The notes: generated from the sequence alone by a model not told the origin. A stretch of 64,000 nt of DNA from Octopus vulgaris (GCA_951406725.2 OX597826.1:15624001-15688000), one strand, 5' to 3'. Shown: positions 39,906 through 54,890, counted from the first letter of the stretch. Numbers and translations: made by a program.

Positions 39906-41340
39906 TGAAACAAGAGGCCTATATACATATATATGTTTATGCAGATATATCGACGATATTATTTTTCTTAACAACAATTGTTTTGAATATTAGCTTGGGG
40001 AAAATATATCTGAATGATATCCAAGCTAATAGAAATAGTGACTCTATGGGTGAAGCCAACCATTTAGATTTTAAGGTGGTTCGTGAAAAGATACAAGTCA
40101 AAAAGTTTGCAAAACTGATTCTTCTAATTTTTTTTTTATTGCAACCTTGACCTAGGCTGTCTTAAGGTATACAACCGTATGTTTTACACTAGATTTTTAG
40201 ATGCGTAGAATTATGAATTAGGTCGGGATGTTTTTGGATAGAATATATAAAATAAAAGCATTAAGGGGGGAAAAAAAACAAGGTTATATTAAGGAAGTTT
40301 TTAGAAATATTTTAAATTGTTACTTGGTGAGATAATAAAAGCATGGGAAAAATATGGACTAACCTCTGGTTTTCTACTGGGTAAAGATTTTGAAACTGAC
40401 TAGTTTTAATTAAAAGTGGAAGTTGCTACTCTGCACTTTGTGGATGAGTTGGCATGTATTATTTTGCATTGTAAATAAATTCATTGTAAATAAATTCAAA
40501 TAAATTCACGTCCGTTAAAATGTTGCTATAGATCTGGTTGTCGAATGCTATTCTTTTTTTTCTCTTTTGGTTTTCGACCGGAATAGAGTGAACACGAAAG
40601 GTTGTGCATAACAGTTTGTGATATTTACTTCTTGTCAATGAGGAATATTTTAGATAAGATTTTTTTTGTTTTAGCCAATTTTAAAATATTGTTACGCCTA
40701 AGGTGACAATTTTAGTTGAAATACTTCCTATAACTATATTTATTAAATTCTTCCCCAGACGTAAGCTTTTCATACCTCATTGTTAATGATGATCTTTTCT
40801 GATGGTTTACTTTTAGAATATTTTATTTATGTCAATGATTATGATTTGGACATTTTGTATTATCTATATTATTTTATATTTATATTATTTCTGTTCTTTA
40901 ATAAGGAATTCTTTCGGTTAGCTTATTTTCGATAATTAGATTTATATTTCATTCTGATCTTTGCTATGCTATTCCCTTATTTCATAGTTTGTGGTGAAAA
41001 GTTAAATTTTTCCGCTAGTTTACATTCGGTACATTGAGGTACGTTTGCGTACTTGGATTGTGTTATAGAGTAGGAAGGAACAAGTCTGTGTTCGTTAGTT
41101 AAATTTATGTTTGATTTTCTAGGCTACTTATTTTTAGAATTCTTATTATTTTCAACTTTATGTATTAGTGGTTCAGGAAATTTTGCTGGATGCGTTTAGT
41201 TCGCTAGTTTTATATTGTGTTATAATTTTTGAACTACCAATGATATTTTGGAAATATTTCTTCTGTATGACGGTACTATACTTTGTCCCATTGGACTTGG
41301 TACAATTATTTTTTTTATATGTGGTCTGTATATGTAATAT

Positions 41341-41647
41341 GGAGGCGCAGTGGACCAGTGGTTAGGGCAGCGAACTCGCGGTCGCAGGATCGCGGTTTCG
41401 ATTCCCAGACCGGCGTTTTGAGTGTTTATTGAGCGAAAACACCTAAAGCTCCACGTGCCGCGGGTAGAGGGTGGTGGCGATCCCTGCTGTACTCTTTCGC
41501 CACAACTTTCTCTCACTCTTTCTTCTATTGGCCTGCTCGCTTAGCCAGAGGGTGGCGTCATTTGAAGGCTAAAACAATGCGAGGCGCATTGTGACCAGCG
41601 ATGTGTAGCAACATCTGATGGCCTGGTCGGTCACGGTGATCACAGTG
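41341..41647 (+). mobile_element. SINE family C, full length with 11-bp target-site duplication
   Basis: tRNA-like head GGAGGCGCAGTGGACCAGTGGTTAGGGCAGCG..GGTTTCGATTCCC; tail CACGGTGATCACAGTG; TSD ATATGTAATAT at 41330-41340 and 41648-41658. Confidence 0.92.
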
Positions 41648-42114
41648 ATATGTAATATTAAGCAGATGTAGACGTAATTGACATGTTCTAGTGTTTGATC
41701 TCTACTACTAGTCTATTAATTACTAGACAGCATTTATCTTATTAACTTTGTTGACATTGCCGGATGAAATGGTAAATACTAGATTTCAAAACTATAGTAA
41801 TATCCCATAGGCTTCTGATAATTGAAATATAGGTTTGATATGTTTGTTTTCTGTGCTTCATTTTACATTTTAGGGTCTCATTGCTCTGAGTTGATCTTCG
41901 TTACACGGATCATAGATTATGTTGTTTGCATTATCACATACATAGCTAATGCACGAGTGTCTTCATTTGCAATCTTATGTTGTTACAATACTTACTTAAA
42001 AGTTTCTAGTTTTGATATTTGCTGTGGAATATATGTATGCATGTATGTGTGTATTTACATATACATATCTATCAATGTGCCTGTCTGTCCATCTATCTAT
42101 CCATCCATCCATCC

Positions 42115-42148
<34 letters not shown>

Positions 42149-42712
42149 TTATCTATCCATATACATATACATATACATAAATATGCATATATATGAGTGT
42201 GTGTGTGTCTGTGTCTGTGTATGTACTTGTGTGTTTGTGCACATGTCATCATATATTTCCAACTTGTATGCTCAAATTAGGAAAAGCGGATGGGTAACAG
42301 CTTTGATGAAATGGAAGCGAGTCTATGAGTCGAAGACAACTAAGATAACAACAACGAGAACAAGAAGATTATAGAAGATGGAAAGTCCTACAACATCCTG
42401 TATGACAGAATAGAAGTGCTGCAATTGGAATACATTAGGGGAGTAAAGTATGTACTACGAGTCTTTTGAAAACAAACAATTAGAAAACATCTGAAAAATA
42501 AAGTTTATAAGCAATGGGCTTAAGTATAAGCACAGGGATTTGCAGAAATATTTACTAATCTATGACAAAAGTTGGGGGTAGATGATGGGAGAAATGGAGG
42601 TGAGAACGTGCAAAGATGGGTAGCAAACCAGATTTAAGTACATTTGTCCTCTGACCTGTTTCATTTTCAACAATCATATATATATATATAATGTTGCTGC
42701 TGCAGCTGCAAA

Positions 42713-42766
<54 letters not shown>

Positions 42767-43650
42767 ACACATCCATTCATCCATCCATCCATACGTACAT
42801 GCACATAGGCACAAACACATACATATACACACACAAATATTTATATGTGTATGTGCTTGTGTGGGCTCACCGTTAGTTTAGATCAAGACAGTTGTAACGA
42901 GCAATTCTACAAACAACGGGAGAAGAAAATATTTGTATACATTGTGGAATTCCCTACATAAAAAAGACATATATTTGAAAATGCAGATGCTGCAACATAG
43001 TGTTACAGTAGCATACAAGACACACCGCAATGGTAAATCTGATTACGATAAACTCAGTCTGTCAAAATGTGGCCTGATACTCTGGAAAAGTTTAAAACGA
43101 CCAGCAGAATAATAAAAAAAATGCCGAAACACTCAAACCCCCGCAAATAAGATCAAGACGACCGGAAACGTTGATAAAGATGTATTTGGGAAAGTTGTTG
43201 CACCAACGAAGTATAAGTTGTATATACTCAGAGGCGTTAATGAAGATAAATTAATTAATTTTCCATTGTCAAATAACATGGTATAAACAGAAGCTGTTCA
43301 AGATATACATATAGACACATATATATACATACATTCATACACATACATACATACATACAACAGAAATGTCACACTGCCAGGTAGATTTCGAACACCAATA
43401 TTCAATGGAATTTACAGAAGCAACACCTGACACACAGGCACCAGTAGGCAGATCACTACCAGGACACACAAATGCGTGCACACACTCGCTCACATGCACA
43501 CCAACTCTATCTGTCTGTCTCTATCTCTCTTTCTCTGAGTGTGTCACTCTCACTCTACACAGAGTAACCCAAACGCTCACACACACATACACACACATAT
43601 ATACATACACACGTATATATATATATATGCATATACATGTTTGTAGATAT

Positions 43651-43731
<81 letters not shown>

Positions 43732-43734
<3 letters not shown>

Positions 43735-43929
43735 AACGAGATGTACTCGCATAGCAAGTAATTTGATCTGAGATCGTGTGCTGAAACGAAAACAATTGCA
43801 GCGTGGAAGGTGTTTATAAGCCATTTAAGAAACACACAAAACCGTTCGATTCACTTCAACATTTAAGTTTAATTTGTCAAAATATTTTCGTCGCTAAAAT
43901 CTGCGACCTGTTCACTGACAAAGTCAGTG
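43732..43929 (-). mobile_element. ~200-bp non-coding element in (TA)n carrying a variant HHR
   Basis: Unique segment bounded by TA runs on both sides; HHR fold at its minus-strand 5' end. Confidence 0.6.
43873..43922 (-). ncRNA. Type I hammerhead fold with G3-C8 core swap
   Basis: Minus: UUUGUCA-GUGAACA-G-GUCGC-agauuuua-GCGAC-GAAAA-UA-UUU/UGACAAA. Stem I 7 bp, stem II 5 bp, palindromic AAUAUU stem III. Confidence 0.65.
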
Positions 43930-44739
43930 TATATATATATATATATATATTAGAAGATTTGAAAGTGATACACAGATATTATATATTAGAAAAAGTAGGG
44001 TATTCAGAGATCTGGATGGTTGTCCATATACAAATATTTATTAACATGTCATATGTTTTTACAAATCACATATCTTCATCTACTCTAATAGATTCTTCAG
44101 ATTTAAGTTGTGGGAAGGAATTTGTCTCTTTGTATAGTATTAGTGAATGGGTTGGGGTGGAGAGAGAGAGAGGGTGGGGAAGAAGAGTAATGTATAGTAT
44201 AATGGGTAAGAAAACTGTGAGAGGAATGGAGGGAAACAGTGAGAGAGGGTGTGTGTGTGTGTGTGTGTGCATGTGTATCTGAAAGGAAGTGTTTTGAAAA
44301 ACAGATAAAGAAAAGTAATATATATTTTTAAGTAGGTGCCGAGAACAAGACGCTTAATTTGGTTCAGGAAGCACACCAGGGGGTCTGAAAGGAAAATGTT
44401 TTCAAATTGAAAAAAAATTGTTTTTTTGTAATGTCCATGGAAAAGAGAATGAAAAGAAGAAGACAAAATGTGTTTATAACTATACAGTTGGTCAATTCTT
44501 TCAATAGAACATAAGTTGATTCTTGGTCTATGAAAATGGTTACTCTAAGGGGTATCTGTTTCGGTGAGGAATAATGAAAGTTATCTTTCAAAAAATTGTT
44601 TGGACTTATCAGCATCATCATCATCATCATCATCATCATTGTTCAATGTTTGATTCCCATGCCGGTATGGGTTGGAAAATCTAGATGCAAGAATGTCTCT
44701 ATTTATGTATGTACATGCACACAGCCACATATGCATATA

Positions 44740-45300
44740 TCTTAGGGTTCCAGATGGGTTTATAAGGAAGTTTATGTGATTTTCATATTTTCAGCCATTC
44801 AGTTTGGGGGAGCAGTTTGCTATGAAGTGTTGTTCCATATTTTTTCTGAAGAGGGTGTCATTCCTTGGGCATTTATACAAGGGAAATATCTTGGATCTTC
44901 CTTCACCACATGTTTCCAAGTGTTTACTTAGTGGAATATTTTTAGCTCTTCTGCTGTGGGTGTGATTCTGTCTAATTTATTTTGATGTTGCATATTTTGC
45001 AGATTTGTGTTAGATCTTCTGCATCTTTGGTATGAGTCTGTCGTGGGTCTAATTCTGTTCCATTCATTTCGATGTTGCATATTTCTGTGACGAGGTTTTT
45101 ATGTGGTTACGATGCGCAGATATGCGGTGAGGCTGGGGAGTTGAAGTGTTTCTTTAACACACGTTTGGAAACCAGAAGAAATGAGAAGGAGAGAGGTACC
45201 TGTTAAGTTGCTCTTAGTGGTCTGGGTAACCAGGTAGTATGGGTTCTTTGATTGTGACTGGGTGAACCTCTTCTCTTTTGGGGAATTTTATTGTTGAATT
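44740..45300 (-). mobile_element. Penelope-like element fragment, GIY-YIG C-terminus
   Basis: PLSKHLETCGEGRSKIFPLYKCPRNDTLFRKNMEQHFIANCSPKLNG* (44935-44791), with the typical E..FI...PxLN ending. Confidence 0.7.
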
Positions 45301-47199
45301 TTTAAGTGTTTTTGTTTCGTTCTTTTTTATACACGGATTTTTGTGCTACGTTTCACTTCTCCCTCTTTGTTTTGTCTTCGGCCCTTGAGGCCGATAAAGG
45401 AAAGATGATTACTATTATGATTATCATTACTATTATTATGCATATGTTGCTTTTATTTTTATTATTTAAAAAAATTATGGTTGTTTTTAATTTATGATTG
45501 TTTGCTCCTTGAATAAACAGCGACAAATACTTATTCTTTTCACGATAGAGGCGGAACGGCATAATGTTATCCTGGTCAGGTGCCGCTCTGACATATCAAA
45601 CCACAGATTATGCGTACTCGTCAGTCAGAACTAACTTAATTGGAACGTGAATAGAAACTGTATGGTACAGAAATAATTGTAGAGAATATTTACTTCCTTC
45701 TTTCTCTGCCTTCTTACTTGTACATACATATGTATGTGCATGTGTTTCCGTGTGTGAGTGTATGTGTACATGTGAATATATGTTTTGTATGTAGTGTGTA
45801 TATGTAACTATGTTTGTGTATCCAAGGATTTCCTATAACTTCATAACCTTAAACCAAAATTATAGTGGTGGTGGCTGTTCTGTTCATCCATGCTGTATAA
45901 GTTGAATACACAAATGGAAGCTGTAAAAATATAGATACTCTTCGAAATGTATTCAATAATTTTATAATATAATTGCAAATTAATTCCGAGATGAGAAACA
46001 GAAAGTAATGAATACATACATATATACATACACAAACATATATACATTTTAAGAATAATTCAAACTTTCAACAGAATGTGACAAATGCAAAGTTGAATGG
46101 TTGTTGCAGACACTAATGATTATCAATTTGCAATATGTAACATTATAACATTTGCTTATAATAGCTTTCTTAATGGGTGATTTTTCCTCATAGAAATTTG
46201 ACAAACTTCGACCATTGTATTATATAAGAAAGTGTATTAATATTTTAGTATTATATTTCTAAACGTAAATATGCCGGAGACAATATGTGTTGTTTTTATA
46301 GAATATTTTCCTCATTAGACTTATTGTTTCAAACTTTATCACTAATGTTAAAATTTATGGTTATGGACATAAATTAGTATCAGCATCTGATGTTCAAAAT
46401 TTCGTGAATAATTTTACATTTCTCTCTCGAGTTCTTCGTTAAAGGAAACCTTGTTATAGGTTTGAATCTGTGCTCTCAATCGATTATATCAAAGTCACAC
46501 TAAAGTGAACACAAATTTATAAGGCGTTTTGGACGAAGTTTACGTTCGTCATCTAAAATTCATTCCTTCTAACTACAAAGTTACATATTTCAAGAGTGAA
46601 GAAGCTACTTGCTTTTATAGATATAATTGACTGTATTATTTAAAATACTTGCTTCGTTATTGCGATAATTTTGAGATTTTCGTCAAAGAGGTCCGTCATT
46701 AAGAATTCATAATACAATGAAAATGATATACCAGCTATACAATTCCATGAAAAAATAATAGTCGTACATTTGTATATACGGAAGCAATATATATAAGTAA
46801 ATGTTTTACCTATTCACAAGTTTGTTATTCATAACATTCTGTCCAAAACTGAAAACTAAATATGAAATAGAAATTGGTTTCTTCAATGCGTATAAGAATA
46901 ATCAAAATAAAACAGTTAACCATGGCGTGACCATATGACTGTCTATGGAAAAATCTTATATATTTTTTCCTAAAAATTTAAACAAATACAATAATTTTCC
47001 AAATCACGGAAATCGGAAGTCATTGTGGTGTCTCACATTATTATTGCCAATTATAATTACCATGTCAGATAGTAAATTAAGCTATTTGGAAGAGAAGGAT
47101 AAAGATTTTATCAACAAAATCACAGTCTGCTCCTCTCCACTTTTTATCAGGTTTATTTTGTACAGCCCAAAAACTCTCTATATCTCTATATCTGTCCAT

Positions 47200-49130
47200 C
47201 AGGCATGCATTGATAAAATACAATATCGCTGACTATATGCCAAGGGGACAGCCTCTCTGTAATGTTTATGCTGTCTGTAAAACCCTTGCCATCATGTTAA
47301 GGAATTCTGAAGGATATCTCACTGGTTCACAACGTAAGAATAGTACCAAAATTACACGTGAAACTATATACTTGAAATTATATGCAAATAATATACATGA
47401 GGTATGAGTTGAAAAAGATCCTTGACATGGCTACAACATTTTCAAAGGATATAGGGTTGGAGTTTGGTCAGGATAAATGTTCCTATATGATTGTGAGAAG
47501 AGGGAAACCTGTAAACACGAGTAGCAACTTCTCTAGCAATGACTCAACTGTTTCCTCTATATCTGATGGGGAATGTATCTCGGGATGGATGAAAACATAA
47601 CTTACAATGGCATCTGTAACAAAACACGTGCCATTAAAGAATATTACAGCTGAATAAAGAAACTTTGGACCTCAGAACGCTGCATTCAACAGAGGCCCAC
47701 AATGTGTTTGCAGTGCGGTACTCATACCAACATCTGGATGCTTGACTGAACGCTTGATAAGATTCGAGCCATTGCTATGAAAACCCGGAAGATAATTTCC
47801 ACATCAAGAGTGACGTAGACCACCTCAAACTAAAACGAAAACAAGGTGGCAGAGGCTTAACATCAGGCAAGACTGCCTTTGAATGTCGTATCATATCCTT
47901 TCGGCAAAATCTTTTAACCAAAAAGTGTCGAAGTGCATTCCTTGACCAAGTCTGCATACATGAGGCTGCTAACATATTGAGGCTTTGAAAGCAGCTCCCT
48001 GAGCAGCATTCCTTTCTGATAAACTGAATTACATGCCCAAATAAGTCGCACGAATCTACAGCAATGTATCATCTGGTAAAAGGATGAGTATATATGAGCA
48101 GAAGATCATGCATGGCTATATTAGTAGAAAGCTCCGTGATGATAGAACATCGATCATCAAAAAAGTCTATCATGGACCAACAACCGGATTACTAAGTACC
48201 ACCTTGAAGCGTATGCTTTTGCAATCCAGGAATAAAAAATATCAACCACATATCTGATGCTCAAAAGGGACAGGGATGAGAGAAAAGCAGCAAAATGTGA
48301 CAACCGATGCAGACTTTGTGGAGTTAACACCGAAGATATCACCTACAGCACTTGTCCGAAAATGTTATCACGGTATTATCTACCGATGAGACATGATGTT
48401 TTGGCTAGGACAGTGTATAATGAGATCTGTCAGAAAAATAACACCGTGGACAAAGAAATAAGAACCCAAAGTATGGTAGAAGCAATACCCACTCATAATG
48501 AAAAGAAGCACTAGTGGAATGTCCCAGTGAAAACCTCAGAAATATGTAAACACAATATACCTGATATAATGATTTGGGATTGAGAAGAGAAACTGTGTAC
48601 AGTTGTGGAAATCAGCTGCCCAGCGAATGTTAAGAGAAAGTAGAAGATCATCGTAAAAGAGAAAACCGGCGCTGAACTATTGAAAAATCTGCAGTTATTC
48701 TATCCAGATTAGAAGTTCCGATTTATACATGTAATTACTGGGGCTCTGGGATACGTAACTCACTGCCTAAATACCAATCTTGAGAAATTAGTATTCTCAA
48801 AGCGAAAAGGAGAGAGCCGATTCGAAGATTAGAGGTGCAAGCCATCACTGGGACTGTAAATATCTGTAAAACTTTCCAGGTGTTGCTCATTTAAGTATAT
48901 ATGAACATGTCTAGATATGCATGTATATGCATGAGAATACATACATAAAACCAAACATGCAGATCTGCACGTATACATGCTTACGTACATACATATTTAC
49001 ATACAGGCATACATGCTACAAAAATACCCTATTGATGTTGAAATTCTAATGAAGGATCTTTGGATCTAGTTCAGAAACTGGCTCTGTATCTATAGGCAAG
49101 AAATATTGAAATAAAACTGAATAATGTCTT
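47200..49130 (+). mobile_element. R4/Dong-like LINE, 5'-truncated: RT, CCHC knuckle, restriction-like endonuclease, probable 3' UTR
   Basis: QGDSLS, TFSKDIGLEFGQDKC, SDVDHLKLKRKQGGRGL, CRLCGVNTEDITYSTC..RHD, HNIPDIMIWD..VVEISCP, ITGALG; many stops. Confidence 0.92.
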
Positions 49131-49339
49131 ACATACTCAATGTTATATTTGAACCCTACATTTAACTAGAATTACTATTGAAACTTGTCATATTTTGAGA
49201 CACATTATCTAATATATAAAGACTTTCAGAGACAGATGTATTTTTCAGTGCATAATCGCTGAAAGTAATAAATGAAATATTTGTAATATTAGTTTACTCA
49301 ATAATGTTACTATATTCCTACGTCCACTATTATACTTTT

Positions 49340-49535
49340 GAGGTGGCAGAATAATTAACGTGCCGGGCGAAATGCCGTATTTCTTCCGACTTGATATTCT
49401 TAATTCAAATTCTGGCGACAGCAGCTTTACCTGTTATCCTCTCGGGTTTGAAAATATACGCGCCATATGATCAGCGGGATCAATGTAATGAATTAGGCCT
49501 TGCCCCATGAAATTCCAGGCCTTGCGCCTATAGTA
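49340..49535 (+). mobile_element. SINE family B, degenerate
   Basis: TGGCAGAATAATTAACGTGCCGGGCGAAATG, TTCAAATTCTGGCG, GGCCTTGCGCCTATAGTA. Confidence 0.7.
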
Positions 49536-50759
49536 TAAAAATTTATTGTACTTTTGAAAAGACATGTAGAAATCAAAATTTTTTGAGATTTATTTTAGAA
49601 GTTTTCTTTAGAAAATTTTACACAAAATTTTATTTTAGATATATTAGAAATGAATCGATTTTCAAATATTTTTAAGCAAATGAAGCGAAATCAGAAAAAT
49701 GTATTTTCTCTTTACACGATAGATTCAATTTCCTTTAACTAATATATATTTAAAACAAGTTATTGTCTTGGTTTGCTGTGGTATCACTGTTAATGGCAGG
49801 CCCTAAAATCCCCCATGAATTATTAACTTACGGAAAGGGGAAAATTTTCCTAAAAGTCTCGATGTCTTTTACAAAAAGATTACTATAATATTATTCAAAT
49901 AGCCTTACAATCATGCAGTCTCTATCTTCCTGCTTTCGATTTATGCATTTTGTTGTTCGTAACTCTAGATTCTTGTTGCTTAGAAACACAGGTAAACAAA
50001 AGAACATTTCCATTTGTTTGTATAACTAATTCACAGCATTTTATCATATTACATTTGAATATTTATATTGCTAGAGTGAGAAAATGGGTAACTAACACGT
50101 AATGCATTTAGCGTTTCATTAAGTAATGTAGTTAATCAATAAATTTACAACGATAATGCGATTATTATCGTTTGACTAATTCATATAAAGAAAAGCATTG
50201 TCGGCAGTTCGCGGCAATTAAATTTAGTAAAGTAATTAGATATGGAATGCAATAAGGAGTTAGACAGATTCACGGCAATATTGTGACAACTTCGATCATA
50301 TTTCCATCGTAACATTACTCATCAGCTGATCTCTGATTACTTGTTAGCTCAGATTCATTAAAATATATTTTCATTATTTCATATTCATTGGGCGTTTGAT
50401 TCTGAACAGCGTTAGTCATTACGATGATTAGCTTTGTTATTATGGATAAGACTGTAACATAGGAAAACATTCTGTTATTGCCTAATTTTCTGGCTGCAGA
50501 CATTCATATGTATGTTATCTGGCACTAATTTTCCCCCATCATATTAAACTAAGTGTCAAAAGTCGCATATGAGTTGATCGTAATACATATAAAAGAAGAA
50601 TCGTTCTAAGTTCGTTAGTATAAATATTTATATTAATTATCCAAATAGTTTGCATATCGGAAACGAAATTAGTTTATCATCATCAGCAATAACTGGACAC
50701 TGAACGAGGGTGTGCAGCGCATCCGTGCCTATAGAGCTTGCCTCGAACCGGTAGCGCGC

Positions 50760-50959
50760 CCAGATGATAGTGACAGTTTTACTTTTAACAACGTATGATG
50801 TTCATACTAGTAAGCATTTACTAGTATGTAGTATTTACCTATTTTCTAATATAAATACTGTCCTAACCTATTTTGGCGAATTTTGTATTCGTTTGGTGTC
50901 AACACAGGACATCCCGAGACGCGATGGTCTATTGTTTCCTCAACGTTATCGCAATTTTC
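50760..50959 (-). mobile_element. R4/Dong-like LINE fragment (CCHC knuckle and RH motif region)
   Basis: CDNVEETIDHRVSGCPVLTPNEYKIRQNRLGQYLY*KIGKYY..YEHH..KTVTIIW. Confidence 0.8.
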
Positions 50960-51081
<122 letters not shown>

Positions 51082-51685
51082 GTTTATGCATCTGTGACAT
51101 GTAAATGCAATTATTTATCTAGAATTATTCTGCTCTACAACTTAATCATTACCGTTACTGACGTTAATGTCGCTACGTATATTTTAATGTATATTTTGCG
51201 GTTTTTTTACAATTAATAATGTTTTATTGCTTTTATTTCAACTGGTGTTTTTTGCTCTTACTACATATTCTGTCATTATTGAAGCACTTATTGTTTTCTA
51301 CTTACATTACTGCTGTTATTGTTCTTCCCGTCGTTAATATTGCTTTCGAAAGTTTAAATTGATTTCTGAACACTTAACAGAAAATTGCGGTAAGTTTATT
51401 TTCCAATCTGCTCTGTGTTCGACCATAATTGGTCTTATTGACACTAACCAAATCTATAGCCAGCCTCAGTCTCTAAACCACACTGATTTACATTAGGTTA
51501 ACTCTCTTGTCGCCGTGGATTATATTAGTGTTTTGAATAACACAACACCTGCGCCATGAAATACATATAAATAAATGTAGGCAATGATGAATTTGATTTC
51601 CGACATTTTAAATGTAATGTTAGTATGATGTACATTGTTTTAATGTACACGATGTCGGTGTCTGTAGATCTGCAGCTGTAGGTTG

Positions 51686-51819
51686 TAGTGATGATGTTCA
51701 TGATGATGAGGAGGAGGGGAAGAAAAAGGAGGAGGAAGAGGACGGCGACGACGACGATGGTGGAGGTGCGGGTGCTGGTGGTAGCAGTGATGTTGGTGGT
51801 GGTGATGATGGTGATGATT

Positions 51820-51852
<33 letters not shown>

Positions 51853-51880
51853 GGAGTGATGATGATGATGATAATGAATA
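51686..51880. repeat. Compound (GAT)/(GGT)/(GAG)/(GAC) trinucleotide tract
   Basis: Directly visible. Confidence 0.9.
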
Positions 51881-51984
51881 CAGGTTGACGACGAAGGTGA
51901 CAGTGGTAATAATGATGATGCTAAAAATTCGCTCACATTGAAAGCAATGAGTCTTGCGTTAGTCTGCAGCGCTGAGTTCAAATT

Positions 51985-52290
51985 CCTTTTTGTGTAGCGT
52001 TACTGCTCCTATATCGTACTTAGAAGCGTCTGAAGCTACAACAATCTCCGCTGCAGGATGGAAGTGATCGAACGACGATTCAGATAATATTCTTTTTAAT
52101 TTTGTCAAACGTCTTTTGACAGTTTTCTGGCCAATTCCATTTCATATCTGTTTTCGGTAAATTATTTAGTGGAACCCTAAATTTATTCATATTTGGGGTG
52201 TAATTTTGGAAATGATTTGCTTGTAATGTAATTATATTAGACAGAGGAAGCATATTTTTTATTACGTCTGTTCTCGGCGGGTCTTCAACT
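51985..52290 (-). mobile_element. Ty3/Gypsy pol fragment (RT connection and RNase H start)
   Basis: DPPRTDVIKNMLPLSNIITLQA..FRVPLNNLPKTDMKWNWPENCQKTFDKIK, then HFHPAAEIVVASDASKYDIGAV. Confidence 0.88.
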
Positions 52291-52374
52291 TTAATTCCAG
52301 CAACTGTTGGTATTATTGTTGTAATCGCTGCTGTAATTGTTGTTGCTGCTGCTATTGCAACTTCACGACGGATG

Positions 52375-54265
52375 CTAATACGTAGTACTCCATGTTGTTG
52401 GATATGCCGTACCATACTTTCACTATGTGCTTGTTGAAGATATTGTGGTACTTATGTGTTTTGGGGAAGCACCTATCTAAAGCTGCAGGGAATTATTTAC
52501 TTATCTTAGCTGATATTTGCAATCTGAAAGAATGTGTTATACCATATGACCTTGGAAATTTTGTGTTTTTTTGTTTTGGTCCCTTTAGCCTATTTTGTGT
52601 GTTGTTGGCATCTTGTGAATCACCCACTTTAGGTGTGTGGGTGTTAGAATTATTTAGGGCTTCGCTAGGTGTGAACTTGATTTTTCCCTTAATGCTTCAT
52701 TGTAGTAAGGCGTATGTATGTTGACTCTTGTTTGGGTGGCTGATAAGCGTGATATTCTGGTGGCTATGTTCCTACCTATTCTTTTGGTTACATATAGTGG
52801 ATGATTGAACTTTACATTCATGTATCGAAGACACTCGTTCGATTTGTAGTATGGCTCGTACATCCCGGTTTCTAAGTTCAGAAAAGCATTTAGTAAATTT
52901 ACCTAACGGTAATTACTGCCTATAGTTATAGACAGACAGAAATTCCTATATAATCTGTGTAGTTCCTTTCTGTATCTCTCTATTTCTACTCTAGTATAAT
53001 TATCTACTACAAAAAGGGCAATCGTCTCTGTATAGACTACTCACCGCTATTTGTGAGAATGAGGATTTGATGTGGAAAAAGATATGAATTCCTACGATAT
53101 CCGTGACCTGAGCTGAGTCATTCGAACCCATTGGTATATCAAAGGAATTCGTTCCATCTGATCTCATCCATAGTTTGTTGTCGTAATTAATAAGAGTTTC
53201 TCATGCTGTTAATATTATGTTTACATATGACTTAGATAACGTATAACTTTTTATTATAAATGTGAGTGTCTATTGAATATTATAGGGTTAATTTTAGAGT
53301 AGTAGTTATCTATATCCAATTGTATTAATTTGGAGATTTTGTATATTGGATTTACTTAAATCATACTATTACCTCCTGCGACTCAAACCATAAAGAAAGT
53401 CCAATCTTAATTAAAAGTTTGGACATTATTTTATCTATGATTGTTTTGCTTATACATTCTGTGCCCTATTTCGGTGGACATATTAATCTGCGTTTAAGGT
53501 CGTAATCGAAGGTATTTTTGTGGTCTTTAAGATTTATCCTAGGTTTTCTTGGGACATATGGTTCTGTGCTATCGTCTATCTCCAGTCTTTTTACTATTTC
53601 AAATGCTTTGTTGTTTATATTAGTTAAAGTGATGTTGGGTGTATTTTTGTATTTGCTAAGGGTTTCTGTTTTTACCTAGATTATTATATAGTGTGGTGTT
53701 TACAATAATAAGGTTACTACCATTGCATTTGAGTTTTTAAAAACCTCCAGTATTTTTCCAATTTTTGTTGGTGTTCTCGTTGTTCCTTGTTGGGTATATC
53801 CAGAATTTGATGTATTGTTTTAAAATTTTGTAGAGTTCTTCTTCGAATTGCGTCAGGTGTTGATTTGTTGGTGGGTTTCTCAGGAATTTGAATTATTTCT
53901 TGAATGCGTCTTCTTCCTTCTAGTGCTCCTGCGTGCTGTTTTTCTTGTCGTGGAACAATGCTTTCCATCTCATTCTTCTTATGTTGGCTCACAGTTGTTT
54001 TAAGTGTTCGTTTTAGGTTGGTATGAGAATATCTTTTAGTGAGAAGTCGAGGGTTAGTTTCTCCATCCCCTGTCTCTCTGTAGTATTTTAATGGTAAAAG
54101 CGACTTCGACCGGCTTTCTGGTTTCTGTCAGTATTAGTTATGGCATATTCTGTGAAGAGCGTAGTAGAGTACAGTATAAAGCTCGTCCACGTTCACATTG
54201 AACCTGTGCTATCCAGTATTAGATGATTGTTATACCATACTCTGTTACGTTCTTAACAAAATATA

Positions 54266-54268
<3 letters not shown>
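52375..54268 (-). mobile_element. Penelope-like element, N-terminus and RT, lacking GIY-YIG, pseudogenised
   Basis: ATG at 54066 MEKLTLDFSLKDILIP..IRRMRWKALF; FDIPMGSNDSAQVTDIVG; LYRDD; YMNVKFNHP..PYYNEAL; FPKTHKYHNIFNKHIVKV. 5' end abuts (TA)n. Confidence 0.92.
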
Positions 54269-54718
<450 letters not shown>

Positions 54719-54734
54719 GTAACCATGATTGACC

Positions 54735-54890
54735 GGAAGTCTTTTTTATTCTCTTTCTGTTTATTTCATTGTGTTCCTTTCTGCTAAAAAGTGTATTTTC
54801 TCACCTTCCTGAGTGTCAAACTAATACAGCTGCTTGTTGTTCATACACTTGTCTTCGTCTTTTGTTTTTCTGTAAATTGCAACTATATAT
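54735..54890 (+). mobile_element. Short HHR-family repeat with most of the ribozyme deleted
   Basis: GTGTTCCTTTCTG and TGTCTTCGTCTTTTGTTTTT match 17395-17590, but GCTCGAAACGTAAAAG is missing. Confidence 0.7.

Noticed and set aside
40000-41330. Strand-biased region resembling a decayed retroelement
   Set aside because: No diagnostic motif could be read with confidence.
49040-49090. CTAATGAAGG..GAAACTGGCTC in the R4 3' region
   Set aside because: Core is mismatched and stems are unconvincing.
50292-50332. Minus-strand GAUCAG-CUGAUGA-GUAA-ug-UUAC..UGAUC
   Set aside because: No GAAA directly after stem II and the spacing is wrong.
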